Position numbers and translations under genes: made by a program | The notes under the pieces: generated by a model | Databases searched by the model: none | Told to the model about the DNA's origin: nothing | Seen by the model: the letters and a program-made list of their open reading frames with translations, nothing else | From: an uncultured Alphaproteobacteria bacterium | Lineage (GTDB): Bacteria; Pseudomonadota; Alphaproteobacteria; Rhodobacterales; Rhodobacteraceae | Assembly: GCA_902560505.1 (NCBI GenBank) | Contig: CACELY010000001.1 | Coordinates: 14,800 to 78,799, forward strand | Length of the DNA: 64,000 bases | Reading direction: 5' to 3' | Shown: one piece after another, positions 29,510-39,432 of the stretch | Layout of the letters: every line of letters starts with the position of its first letter | How positions within the stretch are numbered: position 1 is the first letter of the stretch

Positions 29510-30281
29510 AGTGATCTTCCCTCTTTAAAAACTCCGCTGCTAATTTTTGATATGCAATAGCACCTGAGCACTTATGATCATATATTAAAGCAGGCATTGA
29601 AAACGAGGGGGCCTCACTGACTCTGACATTTCTAGGTATTACTGTGTCGTAGACCAACTCTCCTAGATTTTCTCTCACGTCTTCCTCTATTTGTTCTGAC
29701 AAATTGTTTCTTTTGTCAAACATAGTTAACACAATGCCATGAATTTTTAGGTCTTGGTTAATTTTTGATCTAATGTCCCTTACTGTCAATAGCAATTGAC
29801 TTAATCCCTCAAGCGCGAAAAACTCTGCCTGCAAAGGAACTAACACAGAATTTGATGCCACCATTGAGTTTATAGTCAGAAGATTAAGTGAAGGTGGACA
29901 GTCAATTAAAATATAGTCAAAATCAAAGGTTTCTTTTGCTAACAAATCACGAAGCTTAACAACTCTCCCCTTCTCTTCAAATAGATCAACATCAATAGAC
30001 GATAAATCAGTTGATGCAGGAGCAATAAAAAGAGATGGTATATTGGTTTTCTTCACCACATCTTTTAAACTCGCTTTGCCAGTCAGCAAATCATAAGTGG
30101 ATTTTTCTCTTTCATCTTTAGGGACACCTAAGCCAGTTGAGGCATTTCCTTGAGCATCTAAATCCATAATCAACACTTTATTATTCACAGCAGCTAGCGC
30201 TGTGGATAAGTTTATAGCAGTAGTTGTTTTGCCTACACCACCTTTTTGGTTGGCGATAGATATAACTGAAGGATTAGAGAT
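29478..30281 (-). CDS. parA: chromosome partitioning ATPase ParA (Soj), apparently with a non-canonical start codon
   Basis: The track ORF (GTG 30188) lacks the P-loop. The same frame upstream encodes ...SVISIANQKGGVGKTTTAINLSTALAAVNNK with no ATG/GTG/TTG back to the in-frame TAA at 30302..30300. ATC 30281..30279 lies 6 nt after AAGGGG. ATA 30296..30294 overlaps the rsmG stop. Confidence 0.85.
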   Translation of the reverse strand: MSNPSVISIANQKGGVGKTTTAINLSTALAAVNNKVLIMDLDAQGNASTGLGVPKDEREKSTYDLLTGKASLKDVVKKTNIPSLFIAPASTDLSSIDVDLFEEKGRVVKLRDLLAKETFDFDYILIDCPPSLNLLTINSMVASNSVLVPLQAEFFALEGLSQLLLTVRDIRSKINQDLKIHGIVLTMFDKRNNLSEQIEEDVRENLGELVYDTVIPRNVRVSEAPSFSMPALIYDHKCSGAIAYQKLAAEFLKREDHFERREDEFKK

Positions 30282-30292
30282 TTTGTTCCCCT

Positions 30293-30913
30293 TTATCGTT
30301 TAAAAATTTTTTTCACTCTGATTATCTTTCCAGAAGAGCTGGTTAAGCTACCTATAATATCATAATCAAAAAACCAATTATTTAAAGTTTTATCTAATTC
30401 GATTCTATAGTTTTCACCCTTCAAAAATAAACATATTCCCTCCTTTTTTCGATGACGGAATGCTATTTCCATTAAATTGTTTAGTTCTGAAAATGCTCTT
30501 GCTGTTAAAATATCGGCATTTAAAGATTCTAATGTGTATATGTTGTCGTTAACGACTTTAACGCTCAGGTTGAGTTTTCGAATAACCTCATTAAGGAAAA
30601 GAACTTTTTTTGGGTTTTTTTCCACTAAAACTAGATCACAGTCTACTTTTCTATCTCTTAGCAATAAAGCAACGACCAATCCAGGGAAACCAGCTCCGGA
30701 GCCCACATCTACCCATCTTTTTTCCAATGCCTCCACGTTTTCTATAATTTGCCCTGAGTCTAAAAAATGTCTTTGCCATATATCCTCTAATGTATGTTTT
30801 GAAACAAGGTTTATTTTCTCATTCCATTTAGACAGTAAGGCCTTGTATTCATAAAAATAGTTAAGTGTTTCACGTGAAACATTTAGACTTTTAACAAATT
30901 CGTTCTTTTTCAA
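30293..30913 (-). CDS. rsmG: 16S rRNA (guanine527-N7)-methyltransferase RsmG (GidB)
   Basis: 206 aa. NVSRETL...[10 protein letters not shown]-terminus. SAM motif [14 protein letters not shown]. Confidence 0.95.
   Translation of the reverse strand: MKKNEFVKSLNVSRETLNYFYEYKALLSKWNEKINLVSKHTLEDIWQRHFLDSGQIIENVEALEKRWVDVGSGAGFPGLVVALLLRDRKVDCDLVLVEKNPKKVLFLNEVIRKLNLSVKVVNDNIYTLESLNADILTARAFSELNNLMEIAFRHRKKEGICLFLKGENYRIELDKTLNNWFFDYDIIGSLTSSSGKIIRVKKIFKR
30866..30881. promoter_or_regulatory. parS: parS centromere site (perfect 16-bp consensus palindrome)
   Basis: TGTTTCACGTGAAACA is identical to the consensus ParB-binding parS (tGTTNCACGTGAAACa). It lies inside rsmG codons for V-S-R-E-T. Confidence 0.85.
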
Positions 30914-32769
30914 GCTGTCTTCTTGTAAGAATTAATTTTTGATATAAGTAACATTAACCCACTAGGTGTCATCCCATCAATTTTACTGGCTTCATGAATG
31001 TGTTGGGGGTTTGCTTTGCTCAGTTTGACTTTTAATTCTGATGACAAACCGTCTATTTTTTTAAAGTCAATATCTTTTGGGATCGTAGTATTAATGTTTT
31101 TTCGCATTTTATCTACATCGCTTTTTTGTCTTTGGATATAATAATTATATTTAGCATCCGCTCGTACAAACTCACGAACATCTAAATCAAAATCAAAAAA
31201 ACCTTTCCACAAACCTCGTAAAATTTCGCTTGAAACTCCATTAAGTGATAAAACATCATGAAAAGATCTCTTTTTACCGTCTTTTTTCTGATTTACGCCC
31301 ATCTCTTCTAATTCTTTGTTAGAATATGTTAATGTTTTAGCTGATTTAGTAAGCTCGTTTATTAGCCTGATTTTTTTGCTCACCAACCTCATTCTATTAT
31401 CTGATACAATTTTAATCTTGTGGCCCTTCTCCGTAAGCCTAATGTCAGCGTTATCGCACCTCAAACTGAGTCTAAACTCCGCTCTAGATGTAAACATTCT
31501 GTAAGGCTCTATTACACCCTTGGTGACCAAATCATCAATCATCACACCAATATAGGCCTCTGATCTATCCAAGATAAATGGGTCTTCTTTCTTTACATAT
31601 TGATACGCATTGATCCCAGCAATCAGCCCTTGAGCGGCTGCTTCCTCGTAGCCAGTGGTCCCATTTATTTGTCCAGCTAAAAAAAGGCCATTGATGGTCT
31701 TCAATTCCAACGATGTTTTTAGGCTTTTGGGGTCTATGTAGTCGTACTCTACTGCATAGCCATAATTAAGTATTTTTACATTTTCTAGACCTTTGATAGA
31801 TTTAATATACCTTTCCTGAATATCTCTTGGTAAAGAAGTCGAGATACCATTGGGATAAATTGTGTCATCGTTTAGACCCTCCGGCTCCAAGAAAATTTGG
31901 TGTTCCTCTTTATCTGAAAATCTTACGACTTTATCTTCAATTGATGGACAATATCTTGGTCCATTCGAAGTTATTGACCCGTTAAATATAGCTGATTTTT
32001 CAATGTTTTCGCGTATTATCTCGTGCGTATTTTTATTTGTGTATGTTATTCCGCAACTAATTTGCTTTTGAAACGGTTTTTTATGTAGAAATGAAAAAAG
32101 TGTTGGTTTTTCGTCTGGTTTCTGGTTATCGATCACACTCCAGTTTATAGTTTTAGATGAGAGTCTCGCCGGGGTACCTGTTTTTAGTCTCCCCGTTTTT
32201 AAACCTAACTGCCTTATTTTTTTTGCTAACTTATTAGATGCGAAGTCTCCTATCCGTCCCGCCGCAATTTTTTCTTCACCAAGTCTTATCACGCCATTCA
32301 AAAAAGTTCCAGTGGTTAGTATAATACTAATTGCCCCTATTTTTTCACCACCCTCTAACTCTACACCTTTTATCGCTCCGGTTTTAATATGTATATTAAC
32401 TACCTCGCCCTCAATAATCGTAATGTTTTGCTCAGACGCCAGAATATTTTGTACAGCTTTTTTATATAGTACTCTATCTGATTGTGTTCTGGGGCCTTGA
32501 ACAGCCGGTCCTTTAGACTTATTTAGTAACCGAAACTGGATCCCTGATATGTCTGCGGAAACACCCATGAGACCGCCCAGGGCGTCTATCTCTCTCACCA
32601 AATGGCCCTTTCCCAACCCGCCTATAGCGGGATTACATGACATTACTCCTATCTGGTCGCTTTTTTTTGTTACCAGTGCCACACTTCCCCCTGCTCGTGC
32701 TACCGCATAAGCAGCTTCTGCGCCCGCATGTCCACCACCAATAACAATTACATCAAATGAATGTTTCAC
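30910..32769 (-). CDS. mnmG: tRNA uridine-5-carboxymethylaminomethyl(34) synthesis enzyme MnmG (GidA)
   Basis: 619 aa. [19 protein letters not shown] fold, and conserved along the full length. GTG start at 32769. Confidence 0.97.
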   Translation of the reverse strand: MKHSFDVIVIGGGHAGAEAAYAVARAGGSVALVTKKSDQIGVMSCNPAIGGLGKGHLVREIDALGGLMGVSADISGIQFRLLNKSKGPAVQGPRTQSDRVLYKKAVQNILASEQNITIIEGEVVNIHIKTGAIKGVELEGGEKIGAISIILTTGTFLNGVIRLGEEKIAAGRIGDFASNKLAKKIRQLGLKTGRLKTGTPARLSSKTINWSVIDNQKPDEKPTLFSFLHKKPFQKQISCGITYTNKNTHEIIRENIEKSAIFNGSITSNGPRYCPSIEDKVVRFSDKEEHQIFLEPEGLNDDTIYPNGISTSLPRDIQERYIKSIKGLENVKILNYGYAVEYDYIDPKSLKTSLELKTINGLFLAGQINGTTGYEEAAAQGLIAGINAYQYVKKEDPFILDRSEAYIGVMIDDLVTKGVIEPYRMFTSRAEFRLSLRCDNADIRLTEKGHKIKIVSDNRMRLVSKKIRLINELTKSAKTLTYSNKELEEMGVNQKKDGKKRSFHDVLSLNGVSSEILRGLWKGFFDFDLDVREFVRADAKYNYYIQRQKSDVDKMRKNINTTIPKDIDFKKIDGLSSELKVKLSKANPQHIHEASKIDGMTPSGLMLLISKINSYKKTA

Positions 32770-32777
32770 GTGAAACT
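32762..32777. promoter_or_regulatory. parS: parS centromere site (15/16 match)
   Basis: TGTTTCACGTGAAACT. The 14-bp core GTTTCACGTGAAAC is identical to the rsmG copy. It fills the mnmE-stop/mnmG-start junction. Confidence 0.8.
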
Positions 32778-34075
32778 TACTTTCCTATACAAAAACTTTT
32801 GAATATAATACCCAAAACTTCCTCGGTGTCTATTCTTCCCGTCAACTCCTCTATTATTTTTAGACAATCCCTCGCTTTTTCCGCAAGAAGCTCAGCATCT
32901 AAGCCATCTTTTATGTTGAATGTCAAATCGGACAGAAGGATCACTAAATTATTTATTTTTAACTGTTGTCTGTGTGTAGCTATCACCCCATCACTAATAT
33001 AAAATTTTGGTAACTTAGTTTCTAGTAAACCTATAGCTTCTTTAATTCCCAAACCAGTTTTGCCTGATATACCTTTAAACCTAGTATTGTTTCCTCTATC
33101 AGCTTTAGCTTTAAAAACGAGGTCATCAGAGCCAACTTTTACACCAATAGTCTTTAAATCAGATTCCTTATTTACTAAAAAAATCTTTAAACCTACGTCT
33201 TTTATCCGTTTTTTTAATAATTTGATTCCTTTTTTTTCTATAGTATCGCTTGTTTTCCTTAAACCTGCAGTATCTAAAAACGTAACAAAATTTCCATTTA
33301 TTTGAACTTTAGACTCAACTATATCTCGAGTTGTACCAGCTATCCGGGAAGTGAGAGAAACATCCCTTTTTGAAAGATGGTTAATCAACGTTGATTTTCC
33401 TACGTTTGGTGGTCCAATTATCGCTATGTTTAGCCCTTCCTTTATAGACCTAACGCTTTTGAAGTTTTCTAGCTCTTTCTTAAGCAACTCTAAAAGACCT
33501 GAGATCATATTTAAAACCTTTACCTCACCTAAATCCTGGTCATTAAAATCGATGTCTGCTTCTAAAAACGCTAAAATAGACATAATTTTTGACTTCCATA
33601 CGTCGACTTTCTTTGAAATAACACCGTCTAATGAACCGAACGATATTTTTCTTTGAGCTTCCGTCTCTGCTCTTAATAAATCAGATAATCCTTCTACCTG
33701 AATTAGGTCCATTTTCCCGTTATAAAAAGCTTGCCTTGTAAATTCACCCTCTTCTGCCGGTCTTATATTTAGTTTGGGCCCGCATTGGGTTAAAATCGAA
33801 GCTATTTTATTAATTATAGCAATGCTACCGTGACAATGGAGCTCTACTGTTTTCTCTCCCGAGTAACTATCATTTTTGTTGAACGCAATAACGATACACT
33901 TATCGATTGTTTCTCCTTCCCAATAGATTTTTCTCAGACAGGCGAGCCTGTTTTTAGGGGCTTTCGCCTTTGTTATTTTTTTCAAAACAAAAAAAGCATT
34001 AGGTCCTGATATTCTAAATACTGATATAGCTGAAAGTCCAGGCACAGTAGAAAGAGCAAAAATCGTGTCTTTCAT
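32777..34075 (-). CDS. mnmE: tRNA modification GTPase MnmE (TrmE)
   Basis: 432 aa. N-terminal DTIFALST...ISVFRISG, G domain [16 protein letters not shown], and C-terminal CIGK. Confidence 0.96.
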   Translation of the reverse strand: MKDTIFALSTVPGLSAISVFRISGPNAFFVLKKITKAKAPKNRLACLRKIYWEGETIDKCIVIAFNKNDSYSGEKTVELHCHGSIAIINKIASILTQCGPKLNIRPAEEGEFTRQAFYNGKMDLIQVEGLSDLLRAETEAQRKISFGSLDGVISKKVDVWKSKIMSILAFLEADIDFNDQDLGEVKVLNMISGLLELLKKELENFKSVRSIKEGLNIAIIGPPNVGKSTLINHLSKRDVSLTSRIAGTTRDIVESKVQINGNFVTFLDTAGLRKTSDTIEKKGIKLLKKRIKDVGLKIFLVNKESDLKTIGVKVGSDDLVFKAKADRGNNTRFKGISGKTGLGIKEAIGLLETKLPKFYISDGVIATHRQQLKINNLVILLSDLTFNIKDGLDAELLAEKARDCLKIIEELTGRIDTEEVLGIIFKSFCIGK

Positions 34076-34083
34076 GGTTTGTA

Positions 34084-35367
34084 TCAGGTATTCATCGAAT
34101 CAAAAAAGTCACTGTTAGTTTTCGTCTGTTTTAACTTCTCTAAAAGAAACTCTACAGCATCTGTTGTCCCCATAGGATTAAGAATACGCCTTAGAACAAA
34201 TATTTTTGTAAGTTCCTTTTTGTCTATTAAAAGATCTTCTTTCCGTGTCCCTGATTTTAATATATCTATAGCTGGAAAAACCCTTTTATCAGCGACTTTT
34301 CTGTCTAATACAAGCTCAGAATTCCCCGTGCCTTTAAATTCTTCAAATATTACCTCATCCATTCTACTACCGGTATCAATTAAAGCGGTAGCTATGATGG
34401 TTAGCGAACCGCCCTCTTCTATATTTCTAGCGGCTCCAAAAAATCTTTTTGGTCTTTGTAACGCGTTTGCATCTACTCCACCTGTTAAAACTTTTCCAGA
34501 AGAAGGAACAACTGTATTATAAGCTCTTCCTAATCTTGTAATTGAGTCAAGAAGTATCACGACATCTCTTTTATGCTCTACTAATCTTTTAGCTTTTTCA
34601 ATTACCATCTCGGCTACCGCTACATGCCTGGTTGCTGGTTCATCAAAAGTTGAAGAAATAACCTCTCCTTTTACTGACCTTTGCATATCAGTCACTTCCT
34701 CTGGTCGTTCATCAACCAAAAGAACAATTAAAAAACACTCTGGATGATTTTTCTCAATTGAATGTGCAATGTTTTGCAGTATTACCGTTTTTCCGGTTCT
34801 AGGGGGAGCTACAATTAATGATCTTTGGCCTTTACCTATTGGCGCCACTAAATCAATAACTCGCGCTGATTTGTCCTTTATTGTCGGGTCATCTAATTCT
34901 AATCCTATCCTTTCATCTGGATAAAGCGGTGTTAAATTATCAAAGTGGATTTTATGCTTAGCTTTTTCCATTTCAAGAAAGTTTATCTTAGTGACTGTCA
35001 CTAATCCAAAGTATCTTTCACCCTCTTTAGGTGCTCTTATTACACCTTCAACGGTGTCTCCCGTTCTCAATGAAAACTTTTTTATCTTACTGGGACTAAC
35101 GTATATATCATCCGGTCCAGGCAAATAGTTCGCATCTGTTGATCTTAAAAAACCAAAACCGTCTTGCAAAACCTCTAATACACCATCACCAGATATTTCA
35201 ACTCCGTCCTCTGCCATATCTTTTAATATCGAGAACATCATGTCGCCTTTTCTCATCGATGATGCATTCTCAATTTCTAACTTTTCAGCAAGTTTTAATA
35301 GATCGCTTGGACTCTGGGTTTTGAGTTCTGCTAAAGATAGCTGCTTTGTATTATCGATATCAACCAT
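34084..35367 (-). CDS. rho: transcription termination factor Rho
   Basis: 427 aa. N-terminal SAP-like LSLAELK. RNA-binding [16 protein letters not shown]...[16 protein letters not shown]. Walker A PPRTGKT. Confidence 0.97.
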   Translation of the reverse strand: MVDIDNTKQLSLAELKTQSPSDLLKLAEKLEIENASSMRKGDMMFSILKDMAEDGVEISGDGVLEVLQDGFGFLRSTDANYLPGPDDIYVSPSKIKKFSLRTGDTVEGVIRAPKEGERYFGLVTVTKINFLEMEKAKHKIHFDNLTPLYPDERIGLELDDPTIKDKSARVIDLVAPIGKGQRSLIVAPPRTGKTVILQNIAHSIEKNHPECFLIVLLVDERPEEVTDMQRSVKGEVISSTFDEPATRHVAVAEMVIEKAKRLVEHKRDVVILLDSITRLGRAYNTVVPSSGKVLTGGVDANALQRPKRFFGAARNIEEGGSLTIIATALIDTGSRMDEVIFEEFKGTGNSELVLDRKVADKRVFPAIDILKSGTRKEDLLIDKKELTKIFVLRRILNPMGTTDAVEFLLEKLKQTKTNSDFFDSMNT

Positions 35368-35412
35368 TAATTTTAAGGAATTTAATTAAAAGAGGGGAAA
35401 TTTTATGGGAAG

Positions 35413-35441
35413 AAAATTAACGTGTTTGTTACTATTTGTCA
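35413..35441 (-). promoter_or_regulatory. candidate sigma-70 promoter of rho
   Basis: The minus strand reads TTGACA (35441..35436), then a 17-nt spacer, then TAATTT (35418..35413). A short C-rich, G-poor leader (TTCTTCCCATAAAATTTCCCCTC) follows. Confidence 0.4.
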
Positions 35442-35470
35442 ATAATTTATATAAATTTAATATCTTAAAA

Positions 35471-36502
35471 CTAGAATTTTGTTCTTTTGATGTAATCAAC
35501 CACTAGTTCCACATTTTCCAGTTTCGCATCTGGAGTTATCCCATGACCAAGATTAAAAACATATGGGTAGTTTTTAAAATCTTCTGTAACTTTCTTTAGT
35601 TCTTCAAATAATACTTCCTTACTCTGAGTTAAAAAAATAGGGTCTAAATTTCCTTGAATGATCTTTTTTGGTTGAATATTATTTGCGATCCACTTTCTGT
35701 CTAAAAATTGATCAACAGCCAAAACGTCAAAGTATTCTTCATTAGAGAAATTACTATATATTGTATTTACTGATCTTGGAAATACTATAAATGGTATACT
35801 CGGGTGCTTTTTTTTTATTTTGCTCACTATCTTTTTTATAGGATTTAAAGAGTAACGCAAAACCATATCGGCATTTAACGCGCCCGCCCAACTGTCAAAT
35901 ATTTTAATAACATCCGCTCCCGATTTAATTTGCATTATCAAATATTCTATCGTTGCATCTGTTAATATATTTATAATTTCTTCAAATTCTTCGTTGTTCT
36001 CAATTAAGAACTTTTTGGCCGTTAATGACCCCTGCTCCCCCTTCCCATTGATTAAATAAGTTGCCAGAGTCCATGGTGCACCCGCAAAACCTATCAAGGG
36101 AACGTCTTTTGGGAGCTGTTTCTTCAATTTTTTTACTGTTTCATATACTGGAGATAGCTTTTCATGTATCTGTCCTGCATTATTAATTTTCTCAATATCT
36201 TTCTTGTTTTTGACTGGATCTAATAATGGTCCTTGACCCTCTACAAACTGAACATTAACACCTAGGGCATCTAATACTAATAAAATGTCTGCAAATAAAA
36301 TAGCTGCATCAAAACCAAATCTATCTATTGGTTGTAAAGTAACCTCAGTAGCTAATTCAGAGTTGTAACATAGATCTAAAAAGGAACCAGCCCTCTTTCT
36401 AGTATTACGATATTCGCTCAGATATCGACCAGCTTGGCGCATAAACCATATCGGAGGTCGTTCGACAGGTTGACCATTTATACATTCTAGAAATAAACTC
36501 AT
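35471..36502 (-). CDS. hemE: uroporphyrinogen decarboxylase
   Basis: The conserved N-terminus MSLFLECINGQPVERPPIWFMRQAGRYLSEY starts at ATG 36502. The track's 14-aa extension (MFIYYIQLIYYIYN) is a translation of an AT-rich repeat. Confidence 0.95.
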   Translation of the reverse strand: MSLFLECINGQPVERPPIWFMRQAGRYLSEYRNTRKRAGSFLDLCYNSELATEVTLQPIDRFGFDAAILFADILLVLDALGVNVQFVEGQGPLLDPVKNKKDIEKINNAGQIHEKLSPVYETVKKLKKQLPKDVPLIGFAGAPWTLATYLINGKGEQGSLTAKKFLIENNEEFEEIINILTDATIEYLIMQIKSGADVIKIFDSWAGALNADMVLRYSLNPIKKIVSKIKKKHPSIPFIVFPRSVNTIYSNFSNEEYFDVLAVDQFLDRKWIANNIQPKKIIQGNLDPIFLTQSKEVLFEELKKVTEDFKNYPYVFNLGHGITPDAKLENVELVVDYIKRTKF

Positions 36503-36785
36503 ATTATATATATAATATATTAGTTGTATGTAGTATATAAACAAAAAAATGGGGATTGCTTTATACAGAGCGTTTTATCCACATATAATTATTTGTTATT
36601 AACATAATAAGTCATTAGAAACGCTAGGTTATTTTTTTGTTTCGAACAACTGCTATGCTAAAATCAGTATTTACGCAAAATGTGGGCTGAGTTGTTGAAA
36701 AAAAATGATAGTTTATAATAAAAATTAATTTATTATAACGTTTATGAATTTACTAACATAACTATTGTTTAATCAACAGACTAAT
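36503..36785. other. candidate chromosomal replication origin (oriC)
   Basis: This is the largest non-coding gap in the window. It lies between hemE and aroE-coaE-dnaQ, with rho-mnmE-mnmG-rsmG-parAB to the left. It contains a perfect DnaA box, degenerate boxes and an ~89% AT block at 36503..36540. Confidence 0.6.
36575..36583 (+). promoter_or_regulatory. DnaA box, perfect consensus
   Basis: TTATCCACA read directly. Weaker relatives are TTATACAGA (36561..36569, 7/9) and TGGGGATTG (36550..36558, 6/9 to TGTGGATAA). Confidence 0.6.
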
Positions 36786-37631
36786 ATGGATAAAAATATA
36801 ACTGACACACCCCCATATTTAGCAGGAGTAATTGGTCATCCAATATCCCATAGCAAATCACCAAAACTTCATAACTACTGGCTGTCAAAGTACAACATTA
36901 ACGGTTTCTATATTCCATTTTCAGTAACCACAGACAAACTTCAGGCTTCCATAAAAAGCTTAATAGGTCTGGGGTTTAACGGTGTTAATGTAACAATACC
37001 CCATAAAACCAATGTTCTTTCTTTTGCGGACTCAGTCACAGACAGGGCTGCGCTAATTGGTGCGGCTAATACTTTATACTTTAGTAAAAATGGAAAGGTT
37101 CATGCTGATAACACAGATGGCTATGGTTTCATTCAAAACATAATTGATGAAATCCCAGACTATGACTTCTATGATAGAACAGCGCTAATATATGGTGCTG
37201 GTGGATCAGCTAGAGCTATTGCTTCGGCATTAATATCTAATGGTGTAAAAGAAGTGGGTATAACTAATAGAACCCGCTCAAAAGCTCAAATAATTTCAGA
37301 GGATTTGGGTGCTAAAGTAGCAGTGGTGGACTGGCGAGCAGCCCCCGAAACAATTGGAAAAGCAGATTTAATAATCAATGCGACGTCTATGGGAATGATT
37401 GGACAACCTGAATTCTCGCAGCCAATATCAAGAGCTAAAAAGACCGCGCTGGTAATTGATATTGTGTATAATCCTTTGGTCACTGAGCTTTTAAAAGAGG
37501 CTACGAAACTGAAGCTAAAAACTGTAGGCGGGATAGGAATGCTGATAAACCAAGCGGTTCCCGGTTTTGAACATTGGTTTCAAAAATCACCAGTCATCGA
37601 TGACGAAATCAGAAAGTTCATAGTTGAATAG
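36786..37631 (+). CDS. aroE: shikimate dehydrogenase
   Basis: The track ORF starts at TTG 36765, and ATG 36786 is preferred. Motifs VIGHPISHSKSP, NVTIPHK, NTDGYGF and GAGGSARA. Confidence 0.93.
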   Translation: MDKNITDTPPYLAGVIGHPISHSKSPKLHNYWLSKYNINGFYIPFSVTTDKLQASIKSLIGLGFNGVNVTIPHKTNVLSFADSVTDRAALIGAANTLYFSKNGKVHADNTDGYGFIQNIIDEIPDYDFYDRTALIYGAGGSARAIASALISNGVKEVGITNRTRSKAQIISEDLGAKVAVVDWRAAPETIGKADLIINATSMGMIGQPEFSQPISRAKKTALVIDIVYNPLVTELLKEATKLKLKTVGGIGMLINQAVPGFEHWFQKSPVIDDEIRKFIVE

Positions 37632-38229
37632 AAAGAAAAGGTTTATCCTAGGCTTAACAGGCTCCATTGCTATGGGAAAAACAACCGTATCGAACATGTT
37701 TCGGGATCTAGGTGTTCAAGTATGGTGTGCAGATAATGAAGTTAACGAATTATATAAAATTAATGGAGCCGCAACAAAAATCCTTTTTAAGGAATACCCG
37801 AGTGTTGTAACAAAGACCGGAGTTGATAAAAAGAAATTAAAAAACTTGATTCATAAAGACAATGCAATACTCAAAAAAGTAGAACGAATAGTCCATCCTC
37901 TATTAGAACATTCAAAGGTTGATTTTATAAGATCTAATAGAGATTTGCCCCTAATAGTCTTCGACATTCCTCTTTTGTTTGAAAAACAACAAGAGAGTAA
38001 CTTTGATGCTGTTTTAGTTGTAACCGCTTCAGAGTTGACACAGAAGAAAAGAGTGCTGAGCAGAAAGAGTATAAAAGAGCAAGATTTTCAGCTTATAAAG
38101 CGCAACCAAATAAACGAACAAGAAAAAATAAAAAGAGCTGACTTTATAATAAACACTGACAAAAGTTTACTAGAAACAAAACAGGATGTTCTGGAATTAT
38201 ACCAAAAGATTAAAGGACTTTTGATATAG
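37624..38229 (+). CDS. coaE: dephospho-CoA kinase
   Basis: 201 aa. P-loop GLTGSIAMGKTT, and FDIPLLFE. Confidence 0.92.
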   Translation: MNRKKRFILGLTGSIAMGKTTVSNMFRDLGVQVWCADNEVNELYKINGAATKILFKEYPSVVTKTGVDKKKLKNLIHKDNAILKKVERIVHPLLEHSKVDFIRSNRDLPLIVFDIPLLFEKQQESNFDAVLVVTASELTQKKRVLSRKSIKEQDFQLIKRNQINEQEKIKRADFIINTDKSLLETKQDVLELYQKIKGLLI

Positions 38230-38230
38230 A

Positions 38231-38956
38231 ATGAGGGAAGTTGTGTTAGACACAGAAACTACAGGTCTCAGTCCCGATAAAGGAGATCGAATTGTCGAAA
38301 TAGGAGCTATAGAGCTTGTGAACCACATTCCAACAGGGAATACATTCCATTGCTATTTGAATCCTTTATTGGAAGGAGAAATGCCAATTGAATCTTTCAA
38401 AGTTCATGGTCTATCAGTGGATTTTTTATCAGACAAACCGCTATTTTCTGAGATAATAGAAAAGTTGATTATATTCATCGGTGACTCAAAACTAATAATC
38501 CATAACGCAAAGTTTGATATAGGATTTATAAACCATGAAATACTGAGACTCGAGGGTAGCAATTTTGATGTATATGATAAATTACCCTTTAAAGAAATAC
38601 CAAGTGAAAAAATAATTGACACCTTAGAGATCGCAAAACAAATATATCCTGGGAAATCTGTATCTTTGGATTCTCTCTGTGTTAAGTTTGGTATAGACAA
38701 CAAAAGAAAAGGTAAACATGGAGCGCTTATCGATAGCGAAATACTGTCAGAAGTCTATCTAGAGCTGGCAGGAGGAAAGCAACCCGGTTTTGAATTTTCA
38801 GAGGAAGGCTATGAGACTGATGATAGCAATAAAAAAACAACTGAAAAAAAGAATTTTATTAGAAAAAATCCATTAGCTGAAAGCAGAGTGTCCCAAGAAG
38901 AAATGGAGCTACACATGGAATTTATTTCTAAAATAAAGAAAAACTTCTGGTACTAG
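38231..38956 (+). CDS. dnaQ: DNA polymerase III epsilon subunit (proofreading exonuclease)
   Basis: 241 aa. Exo motifs VVLDTETTGL, IIHNAKFDIGF and HGALIDSEILSEVY. Confidence 0.95.
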   Translation: MREVVLDTETTGLSPDKGDRIVEIGAIELVNHIPTGNTFHCYLNPLLEGEMPIESFKVHGLSVDFLSDKPLFSEIIEKLIIFIGDSKLIIHNAKFDIGFINHEILRLEGSNFDVYDKLPFKEIPSEKIIDTLEIAKQIYPGKSVSLDSLCVKFGIDNKRKGKHGALIDSEILSEVYLELAGGKQPGFEFSEEGYETDDSNKKTTEKKNFIRKNPLAESRVSQEEMELHMEFISKIKKNFWY

Positions 38957-39432
38957 TTTTTCTGTTTAGTTTTATATAGATCAAAAAAGTTAATATTTTT
39001 GATGTCGATGTTCGGCATGCCACTCTCAATCATTATTTGAGATATTAATCTTCTTATGTATGGGAAAAGCATCTTTGGACATTCAACCTTTATTTGCTTT
39101 TCTAGTAAATCTTTGGTTACATTTGGAAACTTGAATAAACCACAGTACGTCATTTCTAATATAAAAGCCGTTTTTTGATTAATTTTAGCTTCCAAATTAA
39201 CAATTAGAGAAACCAATATTTGATTTTCATCTCCCTGTTTATTTTCAATTTCTATATTGAGCGAAAAATCTGTCTTCCCCTTAAAATCTTCTTCTGTAAA
39301 GTAGGCAAAAGCCTCCTTTTTTTCAAAAGACATATCTTTAACGAATTGCGATAAAAGCTCTATGTCATGATTGAATAGTAAATTCTCAATATAGTAAATA
39401 TATTCATCTGAAGCTATTTGTTTAGAAGACAT
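38953..39432 (-). CDS. secB: protein-export chaperone SecB
   Basis: 159 aa. SecB-like beta core (ILEMTYCGLFKF...CPKMLFPYIRRLISQ). This is the conserved position next to dnaQ in alphaproteobacteria. Confidence 0.85.
   Translation of the reverse strand: MSSKQIASDEYIYYIENLLFNHDIELLSQFVKDMSFEKKEAFAYFTEEDFKGKTDFSLNIEIENKQGDENQILVSLIVNLEAKINQKTAFILEMTYCGLFKFPNVTKDLLEKQIKVECPKMLFPYIRRLISQIMIESGMPNIDIKNINFFDLYKTKQKN

Noticed and set aside
30201-30209. Perfect DnaA box (TGTGGATAA on plus, TTATCCACA on minus) inside parA
   Set aside because: It encodes conserved ParA residues (N-L-S-T). One or two perfect 9-mers are expected by chance in 128 kb of two-strand sequence. It is isolated from other boxes.
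35404-35505. 33-codon plus-strand ORF (MGRKLTCLLLFVNNLYKFNILK...) with a good SD (GAGGGG, 6-nt spacing) between rho and hemE
   Set aside because: It is antisense to the rho leader and promoter and runs into the hemE 3' end. The SD is simply the complement of the C-rich rho leader. I have no conservation evidence available.
36503-36544. 14-aa N-terminal extension of hemE in the ORF track (MFIYYIQLIYYIYN)
   Set aside because: It is a translation of an AT-rich repeat. The conserved HemE N-terminus begins at ATG 36502. I treat the stretch as part of the origin AT-rich block.
36725-36739. CtrA-like TTAA-N7-TAAC in the candidate oriC
   Set aside because: The second half-site is imperfect (TAAC, not TTAA). 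TTAA is very frequent in DNA this AT-rich, so this is not distinguishable from chance.
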